DNA of 64,000 nt, from the sequence record NC_052660.1. One strand, 5' to 3'. This stretch comes from Escherichia phage tuntematon. The notes beneath the pieces were generated by a model. The model ran no database searches. It worked only from the letters and a program-made list of their open reading frames with translations, and was not told where the DNA came from. Both the position numbers and the translations under genes were made by a program. This document shows, piece after piece, positions 47,641 to 57,568 of this stretch (position 1 is the stretch's first letter; every line of letters begins with the position of its first letter).

Positions 47641-48113
47641 TAAATAACTCCTGCTAAAACTAAGCTACCTGTCCAAGTTGCACCATTATCATAACTGATA
47701 AACTCAAAAGTGTCTGTTGCACCTTGACGATAACTCAAAACTGGGGGACGACCAAAACTCCATTTTACAGAAGAAGGCCATACGACTTTATTTGCACCAC
47801 TTCCTTGACGCAAAGCTAAAGTAAAGTTTAAAACTGCATTTGTTGCTACTGGAATATTAGTAAAACTAATTGTGCACGTTGCAGAAGATAAAGTTGCAGA
47901 AAAATATTCTGCTGAACTAATATCTAATGCCAAGGTGCTGGTTACTGTTCCCCGTGCATTCAGACGGTTTCTAGTTACCCCTGCACCACTCAACAGCACT
48001 TTCAAAGAAGTTTTCTTTGTTATTCCAGCCTGATCTGTTACAAAGAAATCTGTATCAGACACAGAGGTTGTTTGTGTAAGATCAGAAATTTTGATCGTAG
48101 TTAAATCTGCCAT
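47640..48113 (-). CDS. hypothetical structural protein
   Basis: 157 aa ORF; start overlaps the next gene's stop. Confidence 0.35.
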   Translation of the reverse strand: MADLTTIKISDLTQTTSVSDTDFFVTDQAGITKKTSLKVLLSGAGVTRNRLNARGTVTSTLALDISSAEYFSATLSSATCTISFTNIPVATNAVLNFTLALRQGSGANKVVWPSSVKWSFGRPPVLSYRQGATDTFEFISYDNGATWTGSLVLAGVI

Positions 48114-48739
48114 TACTCTTCTACTCCTGTCATAGCTGTTATACCGAAATTATTGTTTGTAGTTAATGCATCACCTTTTTCGTTAACCATGATTCTTTCC
48201 ACTGCTGACTCTGTAGACCATTCATTCCACCAAGTAGAGTAGGTATCACGTGGCAAACCAACAAAGTTGATAAAGCGATAAAGTCTATTCGAATTCTCAA
48301 CAATACTGTAAGCTTCACAAATGATCGCTGCATTGTCTTCACCAGCTTCAGGGTAAATAAACTCTTCAGAAGGTTGAGTATTGAATATAGATGTTACTGT
48401 ATCTGCTCCTACTGTGACCATAACTGTCATTGAGTAATAACGTTGATCCATGTCATAAGCAGATTTATAACTGTTTATTGTATCTATGTAAACGTTTTTG
48501 GCAATCTCTGCTAAAAATATTCTGTCTACAATATCTTTCTTTCTAGCAACACCAATAATCTCTTGTAAGTAAGGAACACCGAAGTTAGTATTTAAAAACC
48601 ACTCCCCACGATACGTGTTCAGAGTTATCCCAAGAGTTTGTGCTGCAATTTCTGTTCTGGTTGTAGTGAGGACCAAATCCCCATCATCCATGATGAGGTC
48701 GTTGTTTGGTCCAAGTTTTAAGTCAAAAGGGATTCCCAT
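48113..48739 (-). CDS. hypothetical baseplate-region protein
   Basis: 208 aa ORF. Confidence 0.35.
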   Translation of the reverse strand: MGIPFDLKLGPNNDLIMDDGDLVLTTTRTEIAAQTLGITLNTYRGEWFLNTNFGVPYLQEIIGVARKKDIVDRIFLAEIAKNVYIDTINSYKSAYDMDQRYYSMTVMVTVGADTVTSIFNTQPSEEFIYPEAGEDNAAIICEAYSIVENSNRLYRFINFVGLPRDTYSTWWNEWSTESAVERIMVNEKGDALTTNNNFGITAMTGVEE

Positions 48740-48740
48740 G

Positions 48741-49475
48741 TTAGGCTCCTGTTGGTTTTAAGGACTCGGCACTTGAGCTACCGCTCTGAATGTTACGAAC
48801 CGTGTGCGTGTGAGTATGGAATCCGATGCCATTACCATCTGTCATCAAACCGTTCTGATCTATTTTAAGACCATTGATATCTGCCACGCCGCCTTTGAAA
48901 GTTAAATTACCACCTTTTAGATCCAAAGTCCCTGTGCCATCTGTAATAGTAATACCGGAGGTAGTAATATCTATTTTCATCCCTTGACTATTCCATATTG
49001 AAATATTACCTGTAGGGTCGAAAGAAGCGTACGTGTTTTTGTTATTAGAAATAACTACCTTTTCAGAATCTACAGCTTCTGTTGAATCTGTTCCTGTAGC
49101 TATTTTGGGAATAAAACAAATAGGGTATAATCCACAAGGCTGCATAAAAGTGGATGATGAAGAGGTTTCTCCACTAGTTTGCAGTGCATTAGAAGGATCT
49201 CTTTCAGAAAATATAACAGTTCCTAAATCGCCAGCTTTAATAGGGAATGAGATTCTTCCTGTCCCACCCCCATTAACCATAAAAGGAACATCTTCAAAAG
49301 TAGGGTAATCTATTTCATCTTCACTAGATCGTGTGTTTTTAACAATAGATTCTAAAGTGACAGTTTTAGCACCATAATTAACGCCAGTCACACGGACTGG
49401 CAGGGCTGTATGGACTTCTGCTAATTGTTCTGTCATTAAGCCACGCATTGCTGTGACAAAATTTAATGCATCCAT
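48741..49475 (-). CDS. hypothetical baseplate-region protein
   Basis: 244 aa ORF. Confidence 0.35.
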   Translation of the reverse strand: MDALNFVTAMRGLMTEQLAEVHTALPVRVTGVNYGAKTVTLESIVKNTRSSEDEIDYPTFEDVPFMVNGGGTGRISFPIKAGDLGTVIFSERDPSNALQTSGETSSSSTFMQPCGLYPICFIPKIATGTDSTEAVDSEKVVISNNKNTYASFDPTGNISIWNSQGMKIDITTSGITITDGTGTLDLKGGNLTFKGGVADINGLKIDQNGLMTDGNGIGFHTHTHTVRNIQSGSSSAESLKPTGA

Positions 49476-50485
49476 TATTTCTCCTTAGTCATTATTTCAG
49501 ACACGGATACACACTCCACTTCAGTAACCCACTCTTTACCCTCTTTATCACCATTGTGAGAAACAGAAACAACTTTAAATGGACCATCATAATCTCGGCT
49601 TTTTAACCAGATTGTTTTTTCTGGTAATATTGCACCATTCATTTGGCATTTGAATTTAACACCATCTGTAGGTTTCTTTGCCTTCTTAGATGACTTGGTA
49701 ACTTTTTTAGTAGGTTTTATATCGTTGTGGAATGGTTCTGGACTTCCTATCAGACCAGTTTCAGGGCTAATGTAGGCGCTACGTGCACTAGACATTTGTG
49801 AACGAGGAGTGACATAAACAGATCCATCTTGTATTGACACATTGTGATCAATACTTTTACAAATATGTTCTAGGTAATGTGAAGTGTTTCCACACATAGC
49901 TGTTGCTGAGGATAAGGTTTGATCATTATCTACGTGTATATTACCTTCTGTAGTTCCTAAATCCTTTACCAAATCTGTCACAACACGTTTGATTTTAGTT
50001 CCTTTTGGATAACTGCGGCTTGTTCTTGCTTCTGCAATGTTAATACCGCCATCCAAACAGTGTAAAGTGGTTTTCCTGTCTACCGAGTCAAAAGTATCAC
50101 TAACCCACTGGATAGTTCCTTTGAAGACCATAACCAACTCTTCACCTTCGTATCCTACCGCTAAAGCAACAGCCAAGTTATTTCGGATACCACGGTTTAT
50201 ATAGTTAACAGTATCATCCGAAAGGTTATAAACTACAATCTCTGCTTGGTTAGGATCTTTGTTATTATCTTTCTTAATACTGAAGGTTATTTGATGGTCT
50301 TGCAACAAATACAAATTAGAAGAGGATTTTTCTGTTGTTCCTAACTTGGTATCCAAATCTACTGTAGATTTAAATGCCGAGTTCTTAGTTCTCTTCTGTA
50401 TTGTGTTTGTGGCAGAACCAATTAATAGTTTGTATGCCCTGTTTAAATTAGGGGCAGGAGCTTTTGTATACTCTCTTTCTGCCAT
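49475..50485 (-). CDS. hypothetical baseplate-region protein
   Basis: 336 aa ORF. Confidence 0.35.
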   Translation of the reverse strand: MAEREYTKAPAPNLNRAYKLLIGSATNTIQKRTKNSAFKSTVDLDTKLGTTEKSSSNLYLLQDHQITFSIKKDNNKDPNQAEIVVYNLSDDTVNYINRGIRNNLAVALAVGYEGEELVMVFKGTIQWVSDTFDSVDRKTTLHCLDGGINIAEARTSRSYPKGTKIKRVVTDLVKDLGTTEGNIHVDNDQTLSSATAMCGNTSHYLEHICKSIDHNVSIQDGSVYVTPRSQMSSARSAYISPETGLIGSPEPFHNDIKPTKKVTKSSKKAKKPTDGVKFKCQMNGAILPEKTIWLKSRDYDGPFKVVSVSHNGDKEGKEWVTEVECVSVSEIMTKEK

Positions 50486-50494
50486 ATTATCTCC

Positions 50495-50908
50495 TTACGC
50501 CTGATTAGGTTTGTTATCAATATAAACCAATACAAAACGTTTATCTCGACCTGTAGTTGTATACCCAGGACGACCATTAATCTTAACTGTATCTACTATA
50601 TACAATTGACCATCTGGCACACTTTCAAGATATTTATAAGGTTTAAGAAGATCTAAACCATTTGTAACTTTGAAACTTATACTTGGATCATCTCCAGATA
50701 ATCCAATCTGACATTGCCAAGACTCGTCCCTAGTGTTCCACCTTAAACGAATGTCATAATCAACCCCATCCAATGTAACTGTATATGTTTGATCAGGATA
50801 CTCTTCAGTTTTCAGATACCATGCAAAATAAGTAGAATGGTCCTCTAGATAAACTGCACTGTAGCCTGTATTACTTGTAGACCTTGTTGTTTTAGAATAA
50901 GTTGTCAC
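50495..50908 (-). CDS. hypothetical tail protein
   Basis: 137 aa ORF. Confidence 0.35.
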   Translation of the reverse strand: MTTYSKTTRSTSNTGYSAVYLEDHSTYFAWYLKTEEYPDQTYTVTLDGVDYDIRLRWNTRDESWQCQIGLSGDDPSISFKVTNGLDLLKPYKYLESVPDGQLYIVDTVKINGRPGYTTTGRDKRFVLVYIDNKPNQA

Positions 50909-50910
50909 TA

Positions 50911-51612
50911 TTAACCTCCGTTGTTTGTTGGGGTATTAGTAGCTTCAGCAGTTCTTACTGTAATATCTGACTTAGGACCATTCGAAGCAACTTGACCTTT
51001 CACATCACCACCAGTCGATTTATTTGGTGCTGTTTTTACAGCAATAGCATTAGTAGTGGCCTTAGAAACGAGACGGATTTGTTCAAACTCTAAATCAAAT
51101 TGCATAGCAAATTCAGATTTATAATCATAAGAGTAGCCTTTGAGAATAACATTTTCAAAAGTCCTATGTTCTGTCAAAAGAACTATTGGTTGTCTTGACT
51201 CAAATATTTGATCTAAATATTCTATTGCTTGAGAAATCCTTGCCCCATTTACACCTGCACTGTATAATTGATCTCGCATAAGCCGAATTGGTGTTTCGGT
51301 AATTATACCTGAAAGTTTAAATCTGTTGTTTTTTATTTGAACGTGGTCACTTACATCCGATCCTGATTCTACTGGAAAACTTGTAACATCTGCCTCACGA
51401 GTTACACCTACTTCAGGGACCGAATCGAAAGTAATTGCTTTAAAGTTTTGAATGTATTGATCACTTGAACTATTATAAACACTTGCTAAAATGCAGAAAC
51501 CATTATCACCCTTTACAGTAGATGCCGAGGTATTTTTATTCTCGGTAGAGTTGATTTCCTGTTCTGCCTTATAGACGGCTCTCACCGACTGTTGTGGAGT
51601 CATTGCTGCCAT
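50911..51612 (-). CDS. hypothetical tail protein
   Basis: 233 aa ORF with its own upstream promoter-like element. Confidence 0.35.
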   Translation of the reverse strand: MAAMTPQQSVRAVYKAEQEINSTENKNTSASTVKGDNGFCILASVYNSSSDQYIQNFKAITFDSVPEVGVTREADVTSFPVESGSDVSDHVQIKNNRFKLSGIITETPIRLMRDQLYSAGVNGARISQAIEYLDQIFESRQPIVLLTEHRTFENVILKGYSYDYKSEFAMQFDLEFEQIRLVSKATTNAIAVKTAPNKSTGGDVKGQVASNGPKSDITVRTAEATNTPTNNGG

Positions 51613-51671
51613 GATAACCTCGTAGTAATGATAATGCCAAAAGGAAGATGCAAGATCTTCCCATATTGATT

Positions 51672-51701
51672 ATTGTAACACATATAGAAACTTCGTGTCA
51701 A
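51672..51701 (-). promoter_or_regulatory. sigma70-like promoter (- strand)
   Basis: On the - strand, TTGACA (51701-51696), 18-nt spacer, TACAAT. Confidence 0.45.
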
Positions 51702-51702
51702 G

Positions 51703-51731
51703 GGAAACGAAAAAACCCCGCCGAAGCGAGG
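51703..51731 (-). terminator. terminator-like hairpin after the tape-measure gene (- strand)
   Basis: Imperfect CCTCGC/GCGGGG stem with CGAA/UUCG-type loop, followed on the - strand by TTTTTTCGTTT. Confidence 0.45.
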
Positions 51732-51738
51732 TATTTTA

Positions 51739-53727
51739 TTAACCACCAGTGTTAGATTGTCCACTTAGAGTTGAAAGAGACAAACGTTGGAAAATGCTAT
51801 TTCCGCTATTTTGAATTCTTGCATCAAGAATATTTCCAAACTCTGAAGAAGGGCTGATCGTAACTTTGATAAGATCACTTGGTATTGCTACCGTATTCTC
51901 AACAACAGGTTGATTACGAGCCAAACTTACGTTAGGTGTATAAGCTGATTCACGTAAATCTTCAAGAGGATTACCAAATCCAAAAGCACGTGTCCTTGTT
52001 TGTTCTCCTCTCCACATACGACCAATATCTTGTGTATCAATACCTGTTAAATTGTACAACCAATCTGCTACAGGATTGCTGTCTCCACTTTGCGTTGCCT
52101 CGTATGCTTTTTGTGCTATAGATTTATTAGGATCTGTGTTGTCTCCGAATGTATCTGGGAATGTTTCTTTAAGCCAATTGGTAAAAGATCCGAAACCATC
52201 TCCCAATTCTTTAGCAAAACCTCCTAATTGAACTGTTGTCTTACCGAGTTCTTCACCTAAATCTTTGGCAAACTGGTCTAGCACTTTAACGTTATCCAAC
52301 CAAGAATCATCTTTAGGTAAGGCTTTCACAAAACCCTCTAAGAAGTGGTTCTGCATACCTTGACCTACAAGCTGAACTGTTGCAGCAAAACGAGTAAACT
52401 CTTTAGAAGCATCTATTTGTTCTTGAGTTAATGTTGCACCTGTTCTTTGAAGCATTTTCAATACTTCATTATACCCTTCGCCGTTTTTACTAAACATACG
52501 TTGGTAGTGCATAAGGTCATCACCAAGGTTTTCAAGAAGTCGCCCGATTTGAGCAGAGTTCATACCTCGACGCTCACCTTCATTAACAGTAGCCTGAATA
52601 AAAGCTAAAGGATCGTTCTGTAAAGGTTTAAGCTGTTCTGGATTCCATCCAAACAAGTTCATAATGTCATTTATGCCATTATCACCGCCTTTCCACTTCC
52701 CTTCTTTCTCATTCCATTTTGAGGCTAAAACTGTATTACCAAGACGTTCACGAACGTCTTTAATATTATCTATTGACTTAATAATATTTGCAGAGTCTAC
52801 ACCGTTCTGTTCACCCCAAGCTGTCATTGCCAAAATAGCGTTGGCGTTTGTCTGAACGTTTTCAGCACCACGACTTACAAGTTTAATTCTTTCGTTAGTA
52901 TTCATCAACGTGTTACCAACTACAGAACCACCTGCAAACAGCCCAGCACCTATTAAAGAGGATGCAATCATGCGTGGATTAAGACCTGCTGCACCTTCTT
53001 TTAATTGTCCATATCGACGATCACGATCACGTTTTTGTTGAGCTAATTCACGCTTACGGTTGCGTTCTATATCTCTAAGTTCACGATTTCGCATACGTAT
53101 ACGCATTTTAGCTTCTGCTTCTAGCTCTCTACGAATACGGCGACGACCGCGAACCTCGTCTTCTATTTCGGCATTCTTTTCACGATGAGATCTGCGTAAG
53201 GCATCTAACTGGTGAGCAAGAGCTTGGTTCATACGTTGAAGAGTTATTTCACCCTTTTTGTATTGCTCTACAGCTTTACCCATAACGTCCCTAGCTTCTT
53301 GCATAGCACCAGGACTGGCTTTACTAAATGCTCTTGCTCTGTAGTTAAAGTTCTGCAAACGAAGATTACCTAAATCTTCCCTACGTGCTGCTGCTTTAGC
53401 TTCGCGTTCAGCAGCTTTACGAGCTTTTTCTTCTTCTCTTCCTTGCGGGGTTTTAGGAGTTCTAGGTCTACCAGATCCTCCTACAGGAGCACCCGCTCCA
53501 GCGTGAGTAGGTGCTCGCATAGGTTTTTGACTTTGAGTTTGAGCTTTCTTAAGTTCACGCTCAATCTCTTTCATTTGTTGTCTAAACTTGGTCATGTTCA
53601 TAGTGGGTTGCATTTTATTTGCAAACTTCTGAACACTCAACACGGCATCTTTTGCTTCCTTGAGACTGTTCTTGTCCACCTTAAACGTAACCACGTTACT
53701 AATTTTGGAGGCGTTAATTTCTAACAA
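51739..53727 (-). CDS. tail tape measure protein (putative)
   Basis: 662 aa; highly charged Arg/Glu-rich helical block, Gly-rich hydrophobic segment (LIGAGLFAGG); sits directly downstream of the chaperone pair. Confidence 0.5.
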   Translation of the reverse strand: MLEINASKISNVVTFKVDKNSLKEAKDAVLSVQKFANKMQPTMNMTKFRQQMKEIERELKKAQTQSQKPMRAPTHAGAGAPVGGSGRPRTPKTPQGREEEKARKAAEREAKAAARREDLGNLRLQNFNYRARAFSKASPGAMQEARDVMGKAVEQYKKGEITLQRMNQALAHQLDALRRSHREKNAEIEDEVRGRRRIRRELEAEAKMRIRMRNRELRDIERNRKRELAQQKRDRDRRYGQLKEGAAGLNPRMIASSLIGAGLFAGGSVVGNTLMNTNERIKLVSRGAENVQTNANAILAMTAWGEQNGVDSANIIKSIDNIKDVRERLGNTVLASKWNEKEGKWKGGDNGINDIMNLFGWNPEQLKPLQNDPLAFIQATVNEGERRGMNSAQIGRLLENLGDDLMHYQRMFSKNGEGYNEVLKMLQRTGATLTQEQIDASKEFTRFAATVQLVGQGMQNHFLEGFVKALPKDDSWLDNVKVLDQFAKDLGEELGKTTVQLGGFAKELGDGFGSFTNWLKETFPDTFGDNTDPNKSIAQKAYEATQSGDSNPVADWLYNLTGIDTQDIGRMWRGEQTRTRAFGFGNPLEDLRESAYTPNVSLARNQPVVENTVAIPSDLIKVTISPSSEFGNILDARIQNSGNSIFQRLSLSTLSGQSNTGG

Positions 53728-53747
53728 AGTATGTTCCTCGTGTTGGA

Positions 53748-53966
53748 TTAAACAAGTTTCTTAAACAAATCTGACATTTTATTTGTCTGGTTTTGATGTT
53801 TTCTCTTTATTGAAGTGTCTTTAACATACATGGCTTCAACATACTCTTCGTATGTTAAATACTCATATAGTTTTAAAAGATAATCTACACCGTAGTTATC
53901 CAATGTTTTCAGTGTTTCCGAGGTATCTTTAACGACTTTGCAAAGAATAACCTCATACCACTTCAA
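53748..53966 (-). CDS. tail assembly chaperone, frameshift extension (GT-like distal ORF)
   Basis: 72 aa ORF whose frame is open upstream and is the -1 frame relative to the 3' end of the 54014-54496 ORF. Confidence 0.4.
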   Translation of the reverse strand: MKWYEVILCKVVKDTSETLKTLDNYGVDYLLKLYEYLTYEEYVEAMYVKDTSIKRKHQNQTNKMSDLFKKLV

Positions 53967-54013
53967 AGTAAGGGTTTTCGTTGCTGTGTCGATAGCATGT
54001 TCAATCGCAGGTG

Positions 54014-54496
54014 TTAATTTGCTGCTAAACTCGTCATCGCCTGAAGCTGTGTGAACAGTTTTCCGAAACCTCGTTTGAAAAAAGGGCCGTAGTTTACCTC
54101 CAGAACTTTAGCAGTAAGATCTAACACTAGTTCTGGGTGAGCCATAAATAATTCATCAAAATTTTCTGCAACGTTATAACCGTCTTGAGTATAAACCTCA
54201 TCTAAAATTTTACGCAAAAAGACCGTTAAATTCTTTTCTTCCAAACCTGCAAAAAGTTGGATCAGTGCCATAGCAATACGTGACTCAAGGTCTTCGTCTG
54301 CGGACATTGTTGCTGTGCTATACATAGTCATAGGAACAACCAGAACACTACCCAATTCTGGAATCCTGTCAAACACTTTAGATGGACTCCACTTCATAAT
54401 ACGGAAAGTAACAGATCTGTTTCCATCTAACGGAATCTCAACTACTTCTTCTGGTCGAGCATATTTTTGAATTGTGTTATCTTGTTCTTGTGACAT
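54014..54496 (-). CDS. tail assembly chaperone (G-like)
   Basis: 160 aa ORF between tube and tape measure; slippery heptamer near its 3' end. Confidence 0.5.
   Translation of the reverse strand: MSQEQDNTIQKYARPEEVVEIPLDGNRSVTFRIMKWSPSKVFDRIPELGSVLVVPMTMYSTATMSADEDLESRIAMALIQLFAGLEEKNLTVFLRKILDEVYTQDGYNVAENFDELFMAHPELVLDLTAKVLEVNYGPFFKRGFGKLFTQLQAMTSLAAN
54077..54083 (-). other. candidate -1 programmed ribosomal frameshift slippery site
   Basis: On the - strand the zero-frame reads CC[T TTT TTC] (heptamer T_TTT_TTC); the -1 frame from here runs without stops into the 53748-53966 ORF. Confidence 0.45.
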
Positions 54497-54507
54497 ATTT
54501 TCCTCTC

Positions 54508-54536
54508 TAATGATAAAAAGGGCATTTCTGCCCTTT
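54508..54536 (-). terminator. rho-independent terminator after the putative tube gene
   Basis: AAGGGCA-gaaa-TGCCCTT hairpin followed on the - strand by TTTTTATCATT. Confidence 0.6.
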
Positions 54537-54541
54537 ATTTA

Positions 54542-55021
54542 TTATTGAATTGTCAGAGCAGAGATTGAGTTAAGGGTGCTCAAACCTACACCAACTTCAT
54601 TACGCAGAAGACTTGCATCTTTAAGACCAATAACCCATTGGTTCTCTGTAATCATTTCGCCAATAGTATCTTCAGGCTGACTTTGAATCCATCCAATCGT
54701 GCTAATGTAATAGCCACGTGGGTCTTCCAAGTAAACACTGAACGCTACTTGACGAGTAGAATACATTGTTTGTGCATATGTTGCAAGCACTTCGTTAGCT
54801 GGAGATGTGCGTTGCAAAGACATTGTGAGTGTTCCCAAACGGTTACGACTCAAAGCTAGTGAAACGTCGCCATCAGTCCCTGAATAAGGGTTGATAATAT
54901 CGTTAGATTTAGCAATAACGATTTTAGTATCAGCCGCAAAACCCCACGGTTCCCAACCACCTAATGAAAGGATAACTTGAGATGGGTCGTAGGCCATTAC
55001 GCCAGTAAGCATTTTATCCAT
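54542..55021 (-). CDS. tail tube protein (putative)
   Basis: 159 aa ORF immediately downstream of the putative sheath gene and upstream of the chaperone/tape-measure genes; assignment by gene order. Confidence 0.45.
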   Translation of the reverse strand: MDKMLTGVMAYDPSQVILSLGGWEPWGFAADTKIVIAKSNDIINPYSGTDGDVSLALSRNRLGTLTMSLQRTSPANEVLATYAQTMYSTRQVAFSVYLEDPRGYYISTIGWIQSQPEDTIGEMITENQWVIGLKDASLLRNEVGVGLSTLNSISALTIQ

Positions 55022-55067
55022 TATAGATCCTCTTTATTTTGATAACGGGGGCTTAACCCCCGCCATA

Positions 55068-56441
55068 TTAGTTTGCAGTACGGTTAGTCAGGACGTTGAC
55101 CTGAACTTTAACGTAATGGAAGAAGCCAGCGTAAACATATTCAATCTTCATCCCATCGACCAGACGAGCATTGATTTGCGCATCAGTCATATCGGCACGA
55201 GAAGGAATATAAACAATAGGTTTCAGATCGACACGCAAACCAGTCTCTTCAGAAGTAACAACTTCATTAGCGATGGAACCGTTGAGGATACCTACTTGGA
55301 TCGGGTTAGCCAGAACAGCTTGTCGAATCAAAGCCAGACCGTTTGAAGTAGCACGAACACCACCACCCAGCATAGACTGTTGTTTAAACAGTGTAAACAG
55401 TGATTCTTCTGTGCGAGCTTTAAACCACAAAGCATGAACAACATAGTCAACAAAGAAACCGCTAACCATCAATCCATCACGATAGAACAGAGTTCCATGC
55501 TCTTTACGATAGATGTTACCGTTCTGTTGAACAATATTGTTTTCCGAAGTCTGATCCAGTTTCTCGATCTCTACACCTACCAGTGTTTTACCGTGAAGAG
55601 TAGTTAAACCAGGTTGACGAGAACAGATTGCACCAACAACTGCTGCTTCTGGGAATACAGAATCTGCATCGGTCATCCACAAAGCAAAGCAAGTGTTATT
55701 ATAACCGAGGTCATTCAGTCGTTCCAGAACGTTATCTTCTGCTTTCGTTTTAATTCCAGGTTCAGAGCTAGAGAAGAAGTAAACTTTATCATTCTCTTCT
55801 ACCCATGCAGCCAAAGCTAGAACATCTTCTGTTTCATGGGAATCTGAAAGGGTCCAGAACCAGCTACTATCAATATCATGCAGAGCAGCGATATCTTCCG
55901 TAATAGCATTAGCATAGACAGTTTCTTGAGTGAAACCTGTGCTGTCAATAGAACCAAACTTACCTTCTACTGGAGTGAAAGTCATTGCAGCGCCGTTGTT
56001 AGCTACTGTAAACAGTGGGCCATAAACAAGATCTGCATTGATCATTTCAGTCAGACCAACTACAATCTCTTGTGCAGTTGCAGTGTCATCAGCAATGAAT
56101 TTAAATTCTTTTTTCTTGGTACCATTTTTGATGGTAATTGTGTAAGTTGCACTATCTTCTACGATTGGAGTTAGAGTAAAGTTTGTAACTTCACGCTTAC
56201 CAACCATGACTTGATCTGGTGGGAACAAACCGTTAAACAGTTTGACTGCCATAATATACGCTGGATCATTTAATCCATAACCTGCTTCCAAAAGTGCATC
56301 GGAAGAAGAGTAATATTGAATCGCTTCGCCAGTTACGTTCTGACCTGTAAGGATCAGGGGAATATCGAACTGGGTTTCACGAATTGATGTAGCACCATAC
56401 AGTAAAGTTACGGTTGCTACCTTTTCACGAAAAGTTGCCAT
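55068..56441 (-). CDS. tail sheath protein (putative)
   Basis: 457 aa ORF preceding the tube gene; size and position typical of contractile-tail sheath; no motif verified. Confidence 0.45.
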   Translation of the reverse strand: MATFREKVATVTLLYGATSIRETQFDIPLILTGQNVTGEAIQYYSSSDALLEAGYGLNDPAYIMAVKLFNGLFPPDQVMVGKREVTNFTLTPIVEDSATYTITIKNGTKKKEFKFIADDTATAQEIVVGLTEMINADLVYGPLFTVANNGAAMTFTPVEGKFGSIDSTGFTQETVYANAITEDIAALHDIDSSWFWTLSDSHETEDVLALAAWVEENDKVYFFSSSEPGIKTKAEDNVLERLNDLGYNNTCFALWMTDADSVFPEAAVVGAICSRQPGLTTLHGKTLVGVEIEKLDQTSENNIVQQNGNIYRKEHGTLFYRDGLMVSGFFVDYVVHALWFKARTEESLFTLFKQQSMLGGGVRATSNGLALIRQAVLANPIQVGILNGSIANEVVTSEETGLRVDLKPIVYIPSRADMTDAQINARLVDGMKIEYVYAGFFHYVKVQVNVLTNRTAN

Positions 56442-56475
56442 TTATGCTCCTGTTAGAAACTTAATTCCAATGAGT

Positions 56476-57135
56476 TTATTCGGTAGGGTTGTTAAATAAT
56501 GATCCATTTTGATTGACTGACGAGTATTCGCCTGGAACCAAAGTAATTGCATAAACCCTGTTTAGAATTAAATCTAAAGGGATAGGATCATTGTAACTAT
56601 CTCTGAATGAACGGATGTGCATGTTGATTGCTTCTATTGGTGTAGTAGCAATATCTTCAATACTCATACGAGTGTTGAACGTCATAACCATACGCGCTCT
56701 TAATTCAGTCTTATCTCCGTCTACAATTGTATTGGCTTGAGCTATATTGGAGGCTCCTAAAAAACCAAGACCTTTAGAATAGAGATGTTTGTATTTTAAT
56801 TCCTCTGCACCACGGAGAGCAGCCAGAACATAGCTCATCAAAGTGGTAGGTCTTCCACGATAGGCTACAAGTTCAATCTCGTAGGTATTATCCATCTCGT
56901 AGGAATACATATCATTTTGAATAGAGCTTCGGTAAGACCAACCTCCAGAATCGCTGGAAGTGATAATATGTAGTGCTAGGTAAGGAGTATCCGGTTTAAT
57001 GAATGGCTTATCCATAACATAGACTGGCAACCCCACTAATTCTTGAAGGAAGCCACCTATATTTAAGTAGATGGCATTTTCGTATGCTTCTATTTGTTGG
57101 TAAATATTAGCCAAAGTTTCCTCCTTCTGTTCCAT
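56476..57135 (-). CDS. hypothetical head-tail joining region protein
   Basis: 219 aa ORF. Confidence 0.35.
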   Translation of the reverse strand: MEQKEETLANIYQQIEAYENAIYLNIGGFLQELVGLPVYVMDKPFIKPDTPYLALHIITSSDSGGWSYRSSIQNDMYSYEMDNTYEIELVAYRGRPTTLMSYVLAALRGAEELKYKHLYSKGLGFLGASNIAQANTIVDGDKTELRARMVMTFNTRMSIEDIATTPIEAINMHIRSFRDSYNDPIPLDLILNRVYAITLVPGEYSSVNQNGSLFNNPTE

Positions 57136-57556
57136 AAGACCAGGAGTTGTTTTGATCGTCTAATATTGCAACACAGTGATGATGGACTAAGAAAGATGTT
57201 CTGGTCCAATCTTTAAGGGAATAAACAGAATACCATTTACCATCTATCAGTATTTGATCTGATAACTGTTCTGTTCCTTGTTGTAACCCCTTCATTTCTG
57301 TTTTAGTCCAGAAACTATATTGAGCCTTAGATCTGTAACCTTCAGGTAGTGCATTCAGTGTTTTACCAGATATCGGTTGTAAGCTTGCCGCTTCAATGGT
57401 AAATGGTTCATATTCTACACTACTTTCTAAGTTAGCAATAACTGAACCAACTGCCTCTTTGTAGACTCGTCTACGACCTTGGTATTCAGTTAGATCAAGG
57501 AGAGTAAATTGATCTAGTAACACTTGTATCTCCTTTTTAGTATACATCAAAAACAA
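57107..57556 (-). CDS. hypothetical head-tail joining region protein
   Basis: 149 aa ORF; 3' end overlaps the next gene. Confidence 0.35.
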   Translation of the reverse strand: MFLMYTKKEIQVLLDQFTLLDLTEYQGRRRVYKEAVGSVIANLESSVEYEPFTIEAASLQPISGKTLNALPEGYRSKAQYSFWTKTEMKGLQQGTEQLSDQILIDGKWYSVYSLKDWTRTSFLVHHHCVAILDDQNNSWSYGTEGGNFG

Positions 57557-57568
57557 AGTTTATGCAAG

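Noticed and set aside
55045-55062. GGGGGCTTAACCCCC hairpin between the putative sheath and tube genes as an intrinsic terminator
   Set aside because: It is a good stem-loop but lacks a U-tract on either strand; it may be an RNA stability or processing element instead, so it is not annotated as a terminator.
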